From positions 1 to 32,830 of the forward strand of contig JALDZS010000238.1 in NCBI GenBank assembly GCA_022813965.1: 32,830 nucleotides of DNA. Reading direction: 5' to 3'. Below, piece after piece: positions 22,214 through 32,830 of the stretch. The stretch comes from Toensbergia leucococca. Its lineage: Eukaryota. Positions within the stretch are counted from its first letter, which is position 1. Each line of letters starts with the position of its first letter. The position numbers were made by a program, and so were the translations under genes. A model generated the notes under the pieces. It worked only from the letters and a program-made list of their open reading frames with translations, made no database searches and was not told the DNA's origin.

Positions 22214-22836
22214 ATGCAACATCTCATTGCAATCTCTCTATTCATCCTGTCTCAGTCTGTTGCTATCTCATCAGGAGTTCCCGTTCTCGCATCGTCGGAG
22301 ATGGCGCGGAGCAGCGTCTATTGTGTTAATGCTCCAGGAGTCATAGCTGGAACCCTAGTCAAGTACTAAGATCCCCTGCCGTACGCCCCAACAACTGACA
22401 TCCCCCATACAGATCAACCCATACTCGTCACTCCAATCCCAGGAGCTCCATCACCAGCCTCAAGCCTCGATATCAAGGCACCGCCTCCGTATGGTGCAAG
22501 CTTGGCAGCGAAACATTTGTCGTATATCAGACAGCCCAGCTCATAACCCAAGCCTCCATCATCACCGTACTAAACATAGCTTTCAATGCCGCCGAATCCC
22601 ACGTCAATGCCTTTAACAACGAGATCGATAACGGCCAAGTCTCGTTTGTCAGCAGCGACGGCCTCATATTTGTGGCTTACAGCAACGTATCCCACGATTT
22701 AACCTGGGATGTACTGAGAAATGCTATCATGATTATATCCGACTATATGAGCGAGAATCGCGTGTGGTCGGCTTCAAATTTCCACATCTTTGACGGGTCG
22801 GAAGAGGTTGGTAGGGGTTATATCGATGGTCCGTGA
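22214..22836 (+). CDS. Small secreted protein (190 aa), absent from the ORF track
   Basis: Exon 22214-22362 encodes MQHLIAISLFILSQSVAISSG. Intron 22363-22412 (GTACTA..CTGAC..CAG). Exon 22413-22836 is open to LTWDVLRNAIMIISDYM..FHIFDGSEEVGRGYIDGP*. Confidence 0.8.
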
Positions 22837-22907
22837 TCCGCCTATCTAGGCACTCAAAAGCCCTTGAGAATCCTCGTGTCATCCCTGAGCCTTTGCAGTA
22901 TACAATT

Positions 22908-23661
22908 CAGCGCTTTTGATACTCCTGGACTATTAGGTGGACTATTTGTTCAGGACTATTCCATACAGTAGTCAGTCCGTTCAGTCCGAGGTTTTGGGTA
23001 GTCCGTCCAGGACTATTACAGAAATCTGGTGGACTATTCCAAATATTTAGACTAATAGTCCCGGACTATTTCATATATCTAGAATAATAATCCAGCCCTA
23101 ATACCTGAATAGACTTGGCGCTATCCTGAATAGGCTTAATGATAAGTTAGTCAAAAATCCAAATTTCCGCTCCAAAACCATGGAAATTGCCCATCCTCGT
23201 CTACTCATTTCCATCAACAACCATGAATAGTGACAACGACTCAGTCTCTATCAGATCCTCCTGGTCCTTTCAGTTATATGAAATGCTTAAATAGTTGATT
23301 CTGAGTAGATCTATACACAGAGAAGAATTTACACATAATCATGACTGCTTTGGGTGACGAGGAGGGCTTTGGACTATTACTCGTGGTAACCTATCGATGC
23401 GGCAAACCTATCGATACGGCACTAAACCCCTTTCAGCTAGCGAGTCATATTTTAGATCGTGAGCTAGAGACTAGCTAGCTGAATGTGGTTTAGTGCCGCA
23501 TCGATAGGTTTGCCGCATCGATAGGTTACCACGAGTAGGACTAATAGTCTGAAATAGTCTGAACTATTACACCCTTCGGACTGAACTACGGACTTAAATA
23601 TAAGTAGTCCATGAACTATTACAACCTCCAGGACTAATAGTCCGGACTATCAAAAACGTTG
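22908..23661. mobile_element. Non-autonomous TIR element (MITE, possibly hAT-like) with repeated GGACTA motifs
   Basis: Left end CAGCGCTTTTGATACTCCTGGACTATTAG versus reverse complement of right end CAACGTTTTTGATAGTCCGGACTATTAG. About ten GGACTA(T/A) subterminal motifs. No coding capacity, and the TSD is not clean. Confidence 0.75.
23380..23535. mobile_element. 156-bp Tc1/mariner-pogo-type MITE (hairpin) with TA target-site duplication, nested in the older element
   Basis: TA at 23378-79 and 23536-37. 49-bp TIR CTCGTGGTAACCTATCGATGCGGCAAACCTATCGAT(A/G)CGGCACTAAACC with one mismatch, extending imperfectly to ~70 bp. Confidence 0.88.
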
Positions 23662-25050
23662 AGTATACTAATCCTTCTCCGCAAGGAGTTTCTATATGAT
23701 CTCCAAGGGTCTCACATATAGCAGACAGAGCAGGAATCCATGCTAGGCTAGGTCAAGCGACATCACCTAATACTCGAATACGACCTTCTTAGTTGTTCAA
23801 GGTCGTCACGGAACTTCAAACACTCACAGATTCAGATCGCAAAGACCACTCACTCACATTTACTGAGATATAATGTGTCTTGTATAGCCTCAAACTCAAT
23901 ACGCGCTCTACAGCCCTAATCAAATCATACAAACCCTGACTATATCTCGCTCTCTCACTGACTGAAAGCCTCAATAATTAGAAATACCTCCTACAGTTCA
24001 TAAATCAATCTCTCACAAAACACAAGGTTAACCCCCGTTTCAAAGCAAGACAAGCACCATACTACCTCTCATCTCAAATACCTGTCTACAACGTCTAACA
24101 GTCAACCTCAATTCCTGACCCTCACTTCTATTTTCCCCCCCTCTCAAAACCACAAAATAACCATCACTCTCTTTCAAAACCTTCACCCTTCACCCTAGTC
24201 AGTCTCCTCATCAAACAATCAGTCTCAGTGACTCACAGCTCAATCTACAGCCTCTAGCAATTTCACCTCCCTCAAACTTAGCAACGCATCAAACAACAGA
24301 AATCACAAATTCTCAAAGGTAAGAGATTTGCGTCGCAAGGTTTTCAGGAGTTGAGACTCATCTTATGTACAGAGATTGAAATAGTGAGCTTTTTGTTGAT
24401 TGAGATATAGACTTTCTTATTGTTAAGAAGTGATTTCATGTAAATGATATTAGAGTAAGGGATTGAGATGAAAAGAAAGGGGTGTGCTGTTGTGCGCTTC
24501 ATACGCGCATGGGAAAGCACTCAGAATTAAAGAATTAGATACAAATGCATGGTGACTTGCAAGTATTTGTTGACGTCGGAATGAATTGTCCATTGATTCA
24601 TAATATGTCAGTGAGAGTTTAGCCCGGGTTCTGATTTTATAGTTGCTAACACTTGAAGTGCTGATTCATATATCACACTATTGCTCCACATGTATGAGTA
24701 GGAAGATAGAGATAAATCTGAAATGAAATGAAACAATGATTTACAAAGCTTGAGCAGCTGAAGTGAACGCTCTGCCGGACGACTGTGCCAAGAGAATCTT
24801 GCTAGCTTCTGAAATGATACGCGTCATCTTTCTCTCTGCCTACGAAAAGGAAATTCATTTGTCAGCGTTTTGTCTCCACATCAAGTGTCTTAAACCCCCC
24901 TAGTCTTCTTTAACATGTATCTTACTGCTCTTCCATTCGAAACGCCTTCCTCCGTCAATTAGTTGTACACCGCTTTCTTCAAATCACAACTCGCTCTTAT
25001 AACTATTAGACAAACGTTTCATGGGAAAATTTCTTCGTGTCAAGTTGGTC

Positions 25051-26359
25051 CTACGGAATGTTTAGATTTTTCACACGGTAACTTGAAGTAAAGTTACTGA
25101 CCTGATGGATGGAATGGGAACGATGGCTGGATCTCGCATCGAATGATTGTGTGACTTGAATAGTGGATCCGTTCAGGGTGCCGTCGGATTCAGTCATCTC
25201 GTGGTCCTCAAAGGGATCCTTGCGCATCATGGACTTCATCCCAGAGAATGTAGCCGTTGGCATAGTTGGCATTTCAATCCTTGGGACCCATCTCTGTTGC
25301 TTCGGTTTGTGCACTGGCGATAGATCTTCGCCGTGAGGTGAACCTCTAATCCGAGAGCTGGCTGTCACGAAAAGAGACCGGAATGCAGTCATGGAATTTG
25401 CACAAACGGCAACGCAAGCTTCGATTTCGAACCAAAATAAGATCCAGGTCACATCGTCTTGGCCATTATTGAGTTTGTGGCCTGCTGCTCGAATAATGGT
25501 AGTTATGATAGCAAAGATGCTGAGGGAGAGAAGCGAGGCTAGCCCTAACTTTCGACGAATATTGATTTTCACATTCCAAAGAAGGAGAATTGGAATGGAA
25601 ATCACTAAAAGTAATTAGGATGCAGGCGGTAGAAATTAATTGAAGTAGTGAGTTACTTACATAAGAGATCTGTGAGGATATCGAGACCAGTAGTCACATA
25701 CAGATCGGTAAGTTGTCTCTTCAAAGCAGAATTTGAGACACAGACCGCTAACGATGATACAAATCATTAGTGTATTCCTCTTAGGGAGGATTTATAAGAA
25801 TGATTTACTCACCCATGATACGATCACCAAATGCTGGACAAGCAATGAATTCCGTGCACATACAAACGATAGCGCAAGGAATGGTAAAGATGAAAATACA
25901 CCACCACCACACTTTGAGCTGTTTCGTCCGTGAAAGTAAATGGCGGAAGAAGAATAGAAAAGAGAACTTGACACTATAGATACAAGCGTTGAGAAGAAGG
26001 ACAGCAGTGTCCTGAAACTTGACATCCATATCAAGTTGGTGATTAATATCTGGAGGTGGAGCTTCCACACCAGCACCAACATCCTGGCCGGTTTGATTGT
26101 ACGGCAATGTAAGGAACATCATGGTAGTACCTGCGACAAGGAAAATCATGGCAAGAATAAAAAAGACATCGTCAACGAAGAGTCGATGGAACTTGCTTAT
26201 CTTGATGCACATGCGGGCAAAAGCTAGGATGAGAGTCAAGCCAAGAACGACTCCACTAGCAATCTAAGGCTCTAGTCTTAGTACCAACATCAAATACATT
26301 TCATAGCGAGTCTTTACCTCGAAGCTAGAAATGTCTAGCTTTTGACCTATGTTCTTCAT
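25051..26359 (-). CDS. PTH11-like/rhodopsin-domain integral membrane protein without a CFEM domain; at least 3 introns
   Basis: MKNIGQKLDISSFE/IASGV..ARMCIKI..RLFVDDVF..YSVKFSFLFFF..DILTDL..ISIPILLLWNVKI..RRKLGL..WILFWFEIEACVAV. The 3' end may be spliced (GTCAGT near 25100) to an exon around 24740-24840. Confidence 0.85.
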
Positions 26360-27474
26360 CGTGGCTCTTTGGAGGACGGGATGGTCAAGATACGAGACGT
26401 TGAGATTGACAGGAATGTGGCTTTGAAGTATATTAAAAATGGAAATGAACTAGATAACATAGACGGGTACTATGCCAACGGGATGTGTACTTGGCTGATG
26501 ACGATCGATCTTGATCTTGTCGATTTCGACAGCGGGAGGAGGCCCAAGCCGCTTTGTGATTACTTTTTGAAGTGAAAAACGGCACAGCAGAATGAGACGG
26601 AAAAAGAAACGTTGGATCAATGTCAGGGAGTGCGGGATGTTCAAAAGGCAGCGAATAAAGTGATTTAATTTGAATTGAGAGTACATGATACTTCCAAGGA
26701 CTTTAATTTCAGACTGAGCGAGTTTTAGGTTATCTGAATGCGGAAGTGTGTGGTTCGCATACGCTGTTGCATCAGTAGTGCCAACACGGCACGAGTCCAA
26801 GACACAGTGATACGACAGGTTTTGAGACAAGTTGATGGTGTGATCGCGACAGGTAATTGACGTCAATGTGCAGCAAAAGGAATTCAAATGGTACATAGTC
26901 TCCATGCTCACTGACGCTTGAAGGAACATAGCATATCGTAGGTACACAGTACTACCCGCAGTACTACTGCTTGGTAGCAGGTTATTCCGTTGAGATGCCG
27001 CTTGCGCGTTATGCAGGAAGCTGCATTGCAACGAAAAAGTGTATGCATGGAGATAAGGTAGTCAAAATTAAAGGGGTTAAGAGTGACTACCAGTGAGTAG
27101 CAGCGACGATAGTTGGTTGAAAATGGGAAGAGAACAGGTGAGTGGAAAGTGGGACGATGAGGATGGATGGAAGACGTGGAAGTATTTAATACGGGAAATA
27201 AGCACTAATGATAAAATACATTAGACTAGCCTATCTGGATGTAAATTTGCCACTCATCCTCCCACTCCGACCTCAAGTCTTACGCGTCCGAGTTGAAGTT
27301 GATGCCTCTTGTGCAGTACCACCGCTGCCTATAATGATGCAAGCAGAATCCACCTACTGATGAAGAAGGCACTTCAACTGTGTAGATCTCTGTACAGTCA
27401 AGTCGACTCTGCCTGCTGAATCAATGGAGTCGTTGCACCACCCTGACATTAGATTCTGATCTCGTCCATATATC

Positions 27475-29032
27475 ATGTCGAGTCTCTCTTCCCTCATTCA
27501 ATTTGTTCTCACCGTTATACTCGCAAGATGCATCTACCTACGATATTTGCACCCCCTTTCTAGATATCCTGGCCCGGTCTTCGCAAGCTTCACAAACCTA
27601 TGGTATGTACCTTACGGCCACTAATCTGTCGTTCTTCGTGTGTCCTTATCCAATCTCAAGGAAGTTTCAAACCTATCTCAACGGCCAACATCATCTGGTT
27701 GAGCAAAAGCTGCATCAAAAATATGGCAATGTCATACGTACCGGACCTAATAGTCTCGCCTTCTCAAGCCTGTCAGCTTTCAACGCCATTTATGGCTTTA
27801 ACAAGTCCATTGAAAAGGGCGACTTTTATGACTTTGGCCGTGATAGTACTACACGAGCAGGAAGCATCTTTAGTGCTCGAACCGACGCCATTCACAGCGA
27901 ACACAAACGGAAACTTGTTGGCCCAGCCCTTTTGAACAACAAAATTTCGAGCTACCAACCTGTCATCTCAAAAAATGTATCTATCCTCGTCTCACGTCTT
28001 GTAGAAGCTCAAGCCTCCCTTGGCCATCGCTCCACTGTCAATGTTGCTCCATACATCCACCGGTTCACCTTTGACACATTAGTCGAAATCATCTACGGTG
28101 AACCCGTATGCTCCCAACCTTACACCGAAACCCAAGGCGGTCTCACTATTCTCACGGGCTTCAGGGAATTGTCCAAGATGGCTTGGGGTGCAGCACTTCT
28201 CCCCTGGTTCGGCTGGTTAATGTCGACTCGTCCTATGGTATATCTCTCTAGGCGTCCTACCTACGACTCGAAGGGCAACCTTACCAGTATCGCTGCCCTA
28301 GCAGCAAGTACCCGTGATGTCGTCTTTGCACACCCAGAGAAGGCTCTGGAATCAAGTCAACCCAGCATCCTAAAAAACTACCTTGAAGTTCCGAAATCCG
28401 ATAGCAAACATATGCTTCCGGACGAGATCTGGCGCGAGTGCTTCAATCTCATTTTTGCTGGCCCAGGAAGCACTGCCGCAGCGCTCACCGCGACTTTGTA
28501 CCAGCTAGGGACCAAAGACGGTCGTAAATGGCAAGACCGGATTCAGGCTGACCCACTCGCTAATGCCTCCACTCCAACTTCCTCAACCGTGCTCATTGCC
28601 GTCATCAAGGAAACATTGCGTCTTCACGCTCCTTTCTCCACGGCCTTTCCTCGTAGCATCACCCCCAGAGCCGAAACTGCCATTCGGGAGCTGCCAGCTC
28701 CACTCCCCATCGGCACAGTCGTTTCCGCAAATCTGTATATACTCGGTCGCTCGAAAGAGATCTGGGGCGACGATGCAGAGTCATGGAAACCTCAGCGCTG
28801 GCTAGGATCCGAGAGCGAAACTAAGAAGCTAGATGACGGGTTTGTTGCTTTTAGCAAGGGCCCGAGAGGGTGCGTAGGGAAGGAAATTGCTATGATGATG
28901 CTTGCAAAGGCCACAGTAACTGTACTACAGAAGTGGGAAATCAACTCAAAGGGGATTTTGAAAGGGCAGAATTTCATTGAGATGCAGTATGTCGAGTGTG
29001 GACTTGAGTTGACTGAAAAAAGAAAGAGATGA
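27475..29032 (+). CDS. Cytochrome P450 monooxygenase, 499 aa, 1 intron
   Basis: N-terminal anchor plus HPLSRYPGP; intron 27603-27660; KYGNVIRTGPN, AGPGST, KETLR, KPQRW, and heme motif FSKGPRGCVG. Confidence 0.95.
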
Positions 29033-29950
29033 AGTTGCAGGTGTCAGTTGAGGAAAGACGACAGCTTTTTCAGACCGCCGGTGAGAAGCTTGTGCGACGA
29101 CAAGAGGGAGCGCCTTCATGTTTGAGATGAACACAGTGACATTCTTGAGGGCTAAAGACGGAAAAGCTGAAAAGGGGTGATAAAGAGTCACTTGATAGAT
29201 AAACGCCAATATTGAATCTGATACTACTCTCCGATCAACATTTGTAAATGACAATGTTTTGACACCAATGCTGAGTGAGTCTGAATACTTTAGGCTCATG
29301 ATGTATATAGACGCACTTTTCTGATACACGAACACCCTCCCTCCCTGCCTTACCTACTATGCAGGCACTACTGAGGCTGAGTGAGGCGCAATGTCACATT
29401 TGATAGAGAAACATCATGGTTCTCACCTCACTCTCACCCTCAATTCTTAAGTTCTATTGCGTACAACTTACTCTTGTATTCATGTGCTACTTAGACGCAA
29501 CATTAGTTAAAAAAAAAAAGCATGCATTTGTATCACATCATGACTTGATTCCTCAGGCGTCACATAGAATAACATCACATCACATGATAACTTTGATTCT
29601 CTCTCACTTTTGCATATCATGTATCTCTTTCTATTCACTTGCTTGCAAAATCACCACGTTTTTGCGCTCAGCTTCACTGCTGCCTAATCAGGTAAAGGCA
29701 GGAGAGCGGGCGTCCATACATCCTGAGTTATAAGGTACCAAAGAGAAACAATAATGTCATGTATGAGAGATACACATAGAAGAGATACACTATCTCACAA
29801 TCTAATCTATCTACTTCAGAACTCAACCTCCTCAGCTTGCTGCAGAGAACCTTCATTCCAGCTTTTTAGAATGACATCATAAGCACAGAGCTTAGAAGAC
29901 AGACCTATTTACCATCATTTGACTTTGTTGACATGTACGTCACTGTAGAT

Positions 29951-32327
29951 TTAGACGTATTCGGCTGTGACGGCTCCATAGTTGACACCATTATGAATCA
30001 ACTCATATCTGGTGTATGCAGAGTAGTACGTGACCTCCACAGCAACACCAATTTCATAAAAAAGGTATCCGTCTGCGCCGGTTTTTGTAGGAAAATCTGC
30101 CACAGGTACGCGCTGGAGATCGGCGTCAACAGTCACGAGTCTGACGACTCCGACTTCTGTTGTATGCATGTTAGCTAGAAATTGGGCTCGATCTTGGTCT
30201 AATACCATTGAAATACATTGGAGCACCATCGTTCCTAGGGTCAGGACACACGTAAATGCGAACCCTGGTCGTTGTAGGTCGGCCATCGGAAACCAGACGC
30301 GTTTGTTTATAGAACAAGCGTTTTGGCTTGTCTTCTTCCACCATGCTGCCCTTTCGAAGTATTAGTGCGTAGATTCTTCGCTTTGAAGAGCCCATACCTT
30401 CATGATAAACCAATCCATTGTTGCGATTTCATATTGACCATTTCCACCATGCCAGGATCTATTTTCACAGGGTTTCAGCTGACATACATTTTGCATGCCC
30501 ACAATCATGGTTCCTAGAACTTATACGTACCGTCGAGCTGCATCATGACAGTTAATGTCATACGGCTTGATGCTGCTGATGCCATAATGCTTCCGGGCAG
30601 ATCGTCCACTTACTTTGACTGTTGCAAAAGATGGAGCAGTTGATGCGAGACCCTTCATGAGAGCACCTCTAACCACTGCAGTCCAGCTAAAATTCGTGAG
30701 CCTTGTACCTTGACTGGGTCTGTTGAGAATAAATAAACAGCTTACCCATTTGGAGATTGCATAACCTCTACCGATCCAACCGCCTCACGAACACGGTCGC
30801 GAAGGTAAGCGCTTTGACCGAAGCCGCCTACGAGGAGGACGGCTTTGACAGGACTTTGCGTTGCCTGGATCTGCCCCAAGACCAGCGTGATCACTTGCTA
30901 ATCACTCGATTAATAACTTCTAGATCGCCTATTTTGAAGATTTCAGCCAACCTGAACGACAGGCTCAAATATTTGCCTAACTTCAGTGCCCGTGAGTCGC
31001 AATCTGCCTCTACGTATACCATTTGCGGGGTTGTCTCGGAGCCCAGCGACTGAATATAATAAGTTTAAGAACCAGATCAAATTGTATTGCGAAATACGTT
31101 TTACTTACCAGGGATTTGAAATTCTTCTCCATAAGTACCTCGGAACGAGCGCTTGACCTGTTGGGACAGTTGGGACTACTCAGGATACATATCAAGAAAT
31201 GAGATAATCAAAAGACTCACGACCATCTCAAACCGCTTCATTGCCTGATATGCTATTAGTATCACTCTAACCCATAACGGGAAAGCTCTGTACCTCTTCA
31301 AGAACATCTTCATCCCACGTAGGATCATTCTCGAACTTGTCTCTTAGAAACTTCTGGAAGATGCGATTCAGGAAAGTTGAGCCACACAACGAGCCGCTGC
31401 CAGGGCTTGCTTCCGTAATCTTTAATATGGGCTTGAGGGCAGAGACTGTATACGAGATCAAGTCCACAGTACCACCTCCTGCGTCACACAGGACGAATGT
31501 GTCTCCGACCTTGAGATTGTGGGGGTCCATGACGTCTAAGGCGTACATGGCTGCCGCTTCAGGCTCAGTGATAATATGAAGTGCCTGTCCAGAGCCCATG
31601 CCAGCACGCTCTGCACAAGCTCGGGTCTTTGCTTGAGCGGCATCACTCCAGACAGCAGGAACGGTGATGACGAACTCTAGTGGGGTAGATTGAAAAGCTC
31701 CTTGGGGCAACTTATATCGGAGAATTTGCTCTGCGTGCCTACGAAGGGCTGTCAAGTAATCCGTCACGAGGGTTTCGGATGAAAGATCGTATGCGGGTGG
31801 AGAGGCCAGCGGGTCTGGAAACAGCGTTGCTAATGCTAAATTCCCGTGACACTGCAATGGATCGAGGCCAAGCTTAAACCATTGGTGTCGAGGCCCAAGG
31901 TCATCAATCTGATATCCCCATTTATAGTCGGAGCCATCATATTGGAGTTCCCTGCCAGTTACCAAGCCAGATTAGGATGAGAAAGAGCAGATGCGGAAAA
32001 CGAGAACTCACGTAGGGACCTTATCGCTCGTGATACCCTCCAGACCCCCCGAAGTAGCATCTGGCCATTGAATAATCGTCATCTGCATCTCTGGCTACGG
32101 CGACGTCAGAGAAGTTGAAGTGATAGCGAGACTACTTTCAAGGACACAGAGGATACTTGAGATGAAAGAGAGAACGAATCAACCAACCTTACGTGTCTGA
32201 GCCCAGGCAAGGCCTGAATAAGTGGTCCCACTGTGCATGATCAGCGACATTAGCAAGAGCTGAAATTATCGACTTACAAATCAACAGCCATAATGATCTT
32301 TCTATCAGGCTCCATGCTAGCGATCAT
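29951..32327 (-). CDS. Hsp70-family (HSPA12-like) actin-like ATPase, 11 introns
   Basis: Spliced product reads AVDFGTTYSG, ITVPAVWSD, EPEAAA, CDAGGGTVDL, CGSTFLN, LLVGGFGQSAYL, TAVVRGA, ARKHYG. The frame was traced intact through 12 exons. Start is 32327 or 32315. Confidence 0.92.
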
Positions 32328-32830
32328 TCGACTCTGGGTCCTACTGATGACGGAGTAGCACAGTAGTAACGAGAAAGATGACTTGGTGCCAAAATCTGAT
32401 GTTGTTAGAAAGATTAAGTCATTCAGATAGGAGTGTGTCACATCTTTCAAGCGAGGGAGTGAGTTTCGACAAAGTGTTTAAAGGCACCTTGCGTGCTCAA
32501 GCTCAACACAGGGTTACCTACCTAGGTAGCCTTGGAGTGAATTTAGAGTGGAGAGAATTGATCAAACCGATATCTACCTAGGTAGTTGACCAGTGAAGCC
32601 CGACGTAAGCTAGAGTCAACACCTCGCCCAACTAATGACCTCTCATCCTATCATAACGTCTGATACCTCTGATAATTAGACTGAGAGTCGCAATTTCAGA
32701 ACGTCTGTATCAGGCTTGTTCAGTTGGAGACAACATTACGGCCAGAGTGTGTTCGCCAGTATTGCCACAACAAAAGTCACTGACCTTAGTTCATTGCTAA
32801 TACTGCTTCTTCCTTTACATTGCAAAAGTT

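Noticed and set aside
22908..23661. CRISPR-like array suggested by recurring GGACTAT motifs
   Set aside because: Eukaryotic context, motifs too short and irregularly spaced, no cas genes. Better explained as transposon subterminal repeats.
23850..24450. C/A-skewed CpG-poor stretch as a specific pseudogene or TE
   Set aside because: All frames examined have stops and no family could be recognised. Only the compositional anomaly is supportable.
26450..27031. 193-aa minus-strand ORF
   Set aside because: Non-ATG start, no motif, non-protein-like composition, and it lies in the divergent promoter region between the PTH11-like and P450 genes.
15923..29032. Secondary-metabolite gene cluster (2 SDRs, P450, membrane protein)
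   Set aside because: No PKS, NRPS, terpene synthase, prenyltransferase, transporter or cluster transcription factor in the window, and the genes are interspersed with unrelated ones.

Overview
Left end of a filamentous ascomycete chromosome. The secreted-protein families suggest a lichen-forming Lecanoromycete, but that is inference. About 16 CCCTAA telomere repeats are followed by ~1.5 kb of AT-rich, hypermutated DNA that lacks CpG and almost lacks CpC/GpG while keeping CpA/TpG. The gene-rich subtelomere then holds: an orphan multi-TM protein; a crotonase with a signal peptide; a pseudogenised HeLo-like/LMW-PTP-like/KH fusion; a 117-aa unknown; an APH/Aim9-like phosphotransferase; a head-to-head pair of Cys-rich secreted proteins (one with SIX6/FOLD-like Cys spacing); two paralogous SDRs flanking a protein kinase and a Mutator relic; a small secreted protein missed by the ORF track; a young TA-flanked hairpin MITE nested in an older TIR element; a PTH11-like membrane protein; a cytochrome P450; and an 11-intron Hsp70-like ATPase. 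Gene models were spliced by hand from GT-AG and branch-point motifs, and family calls rest on recalled motifs, not database searches.
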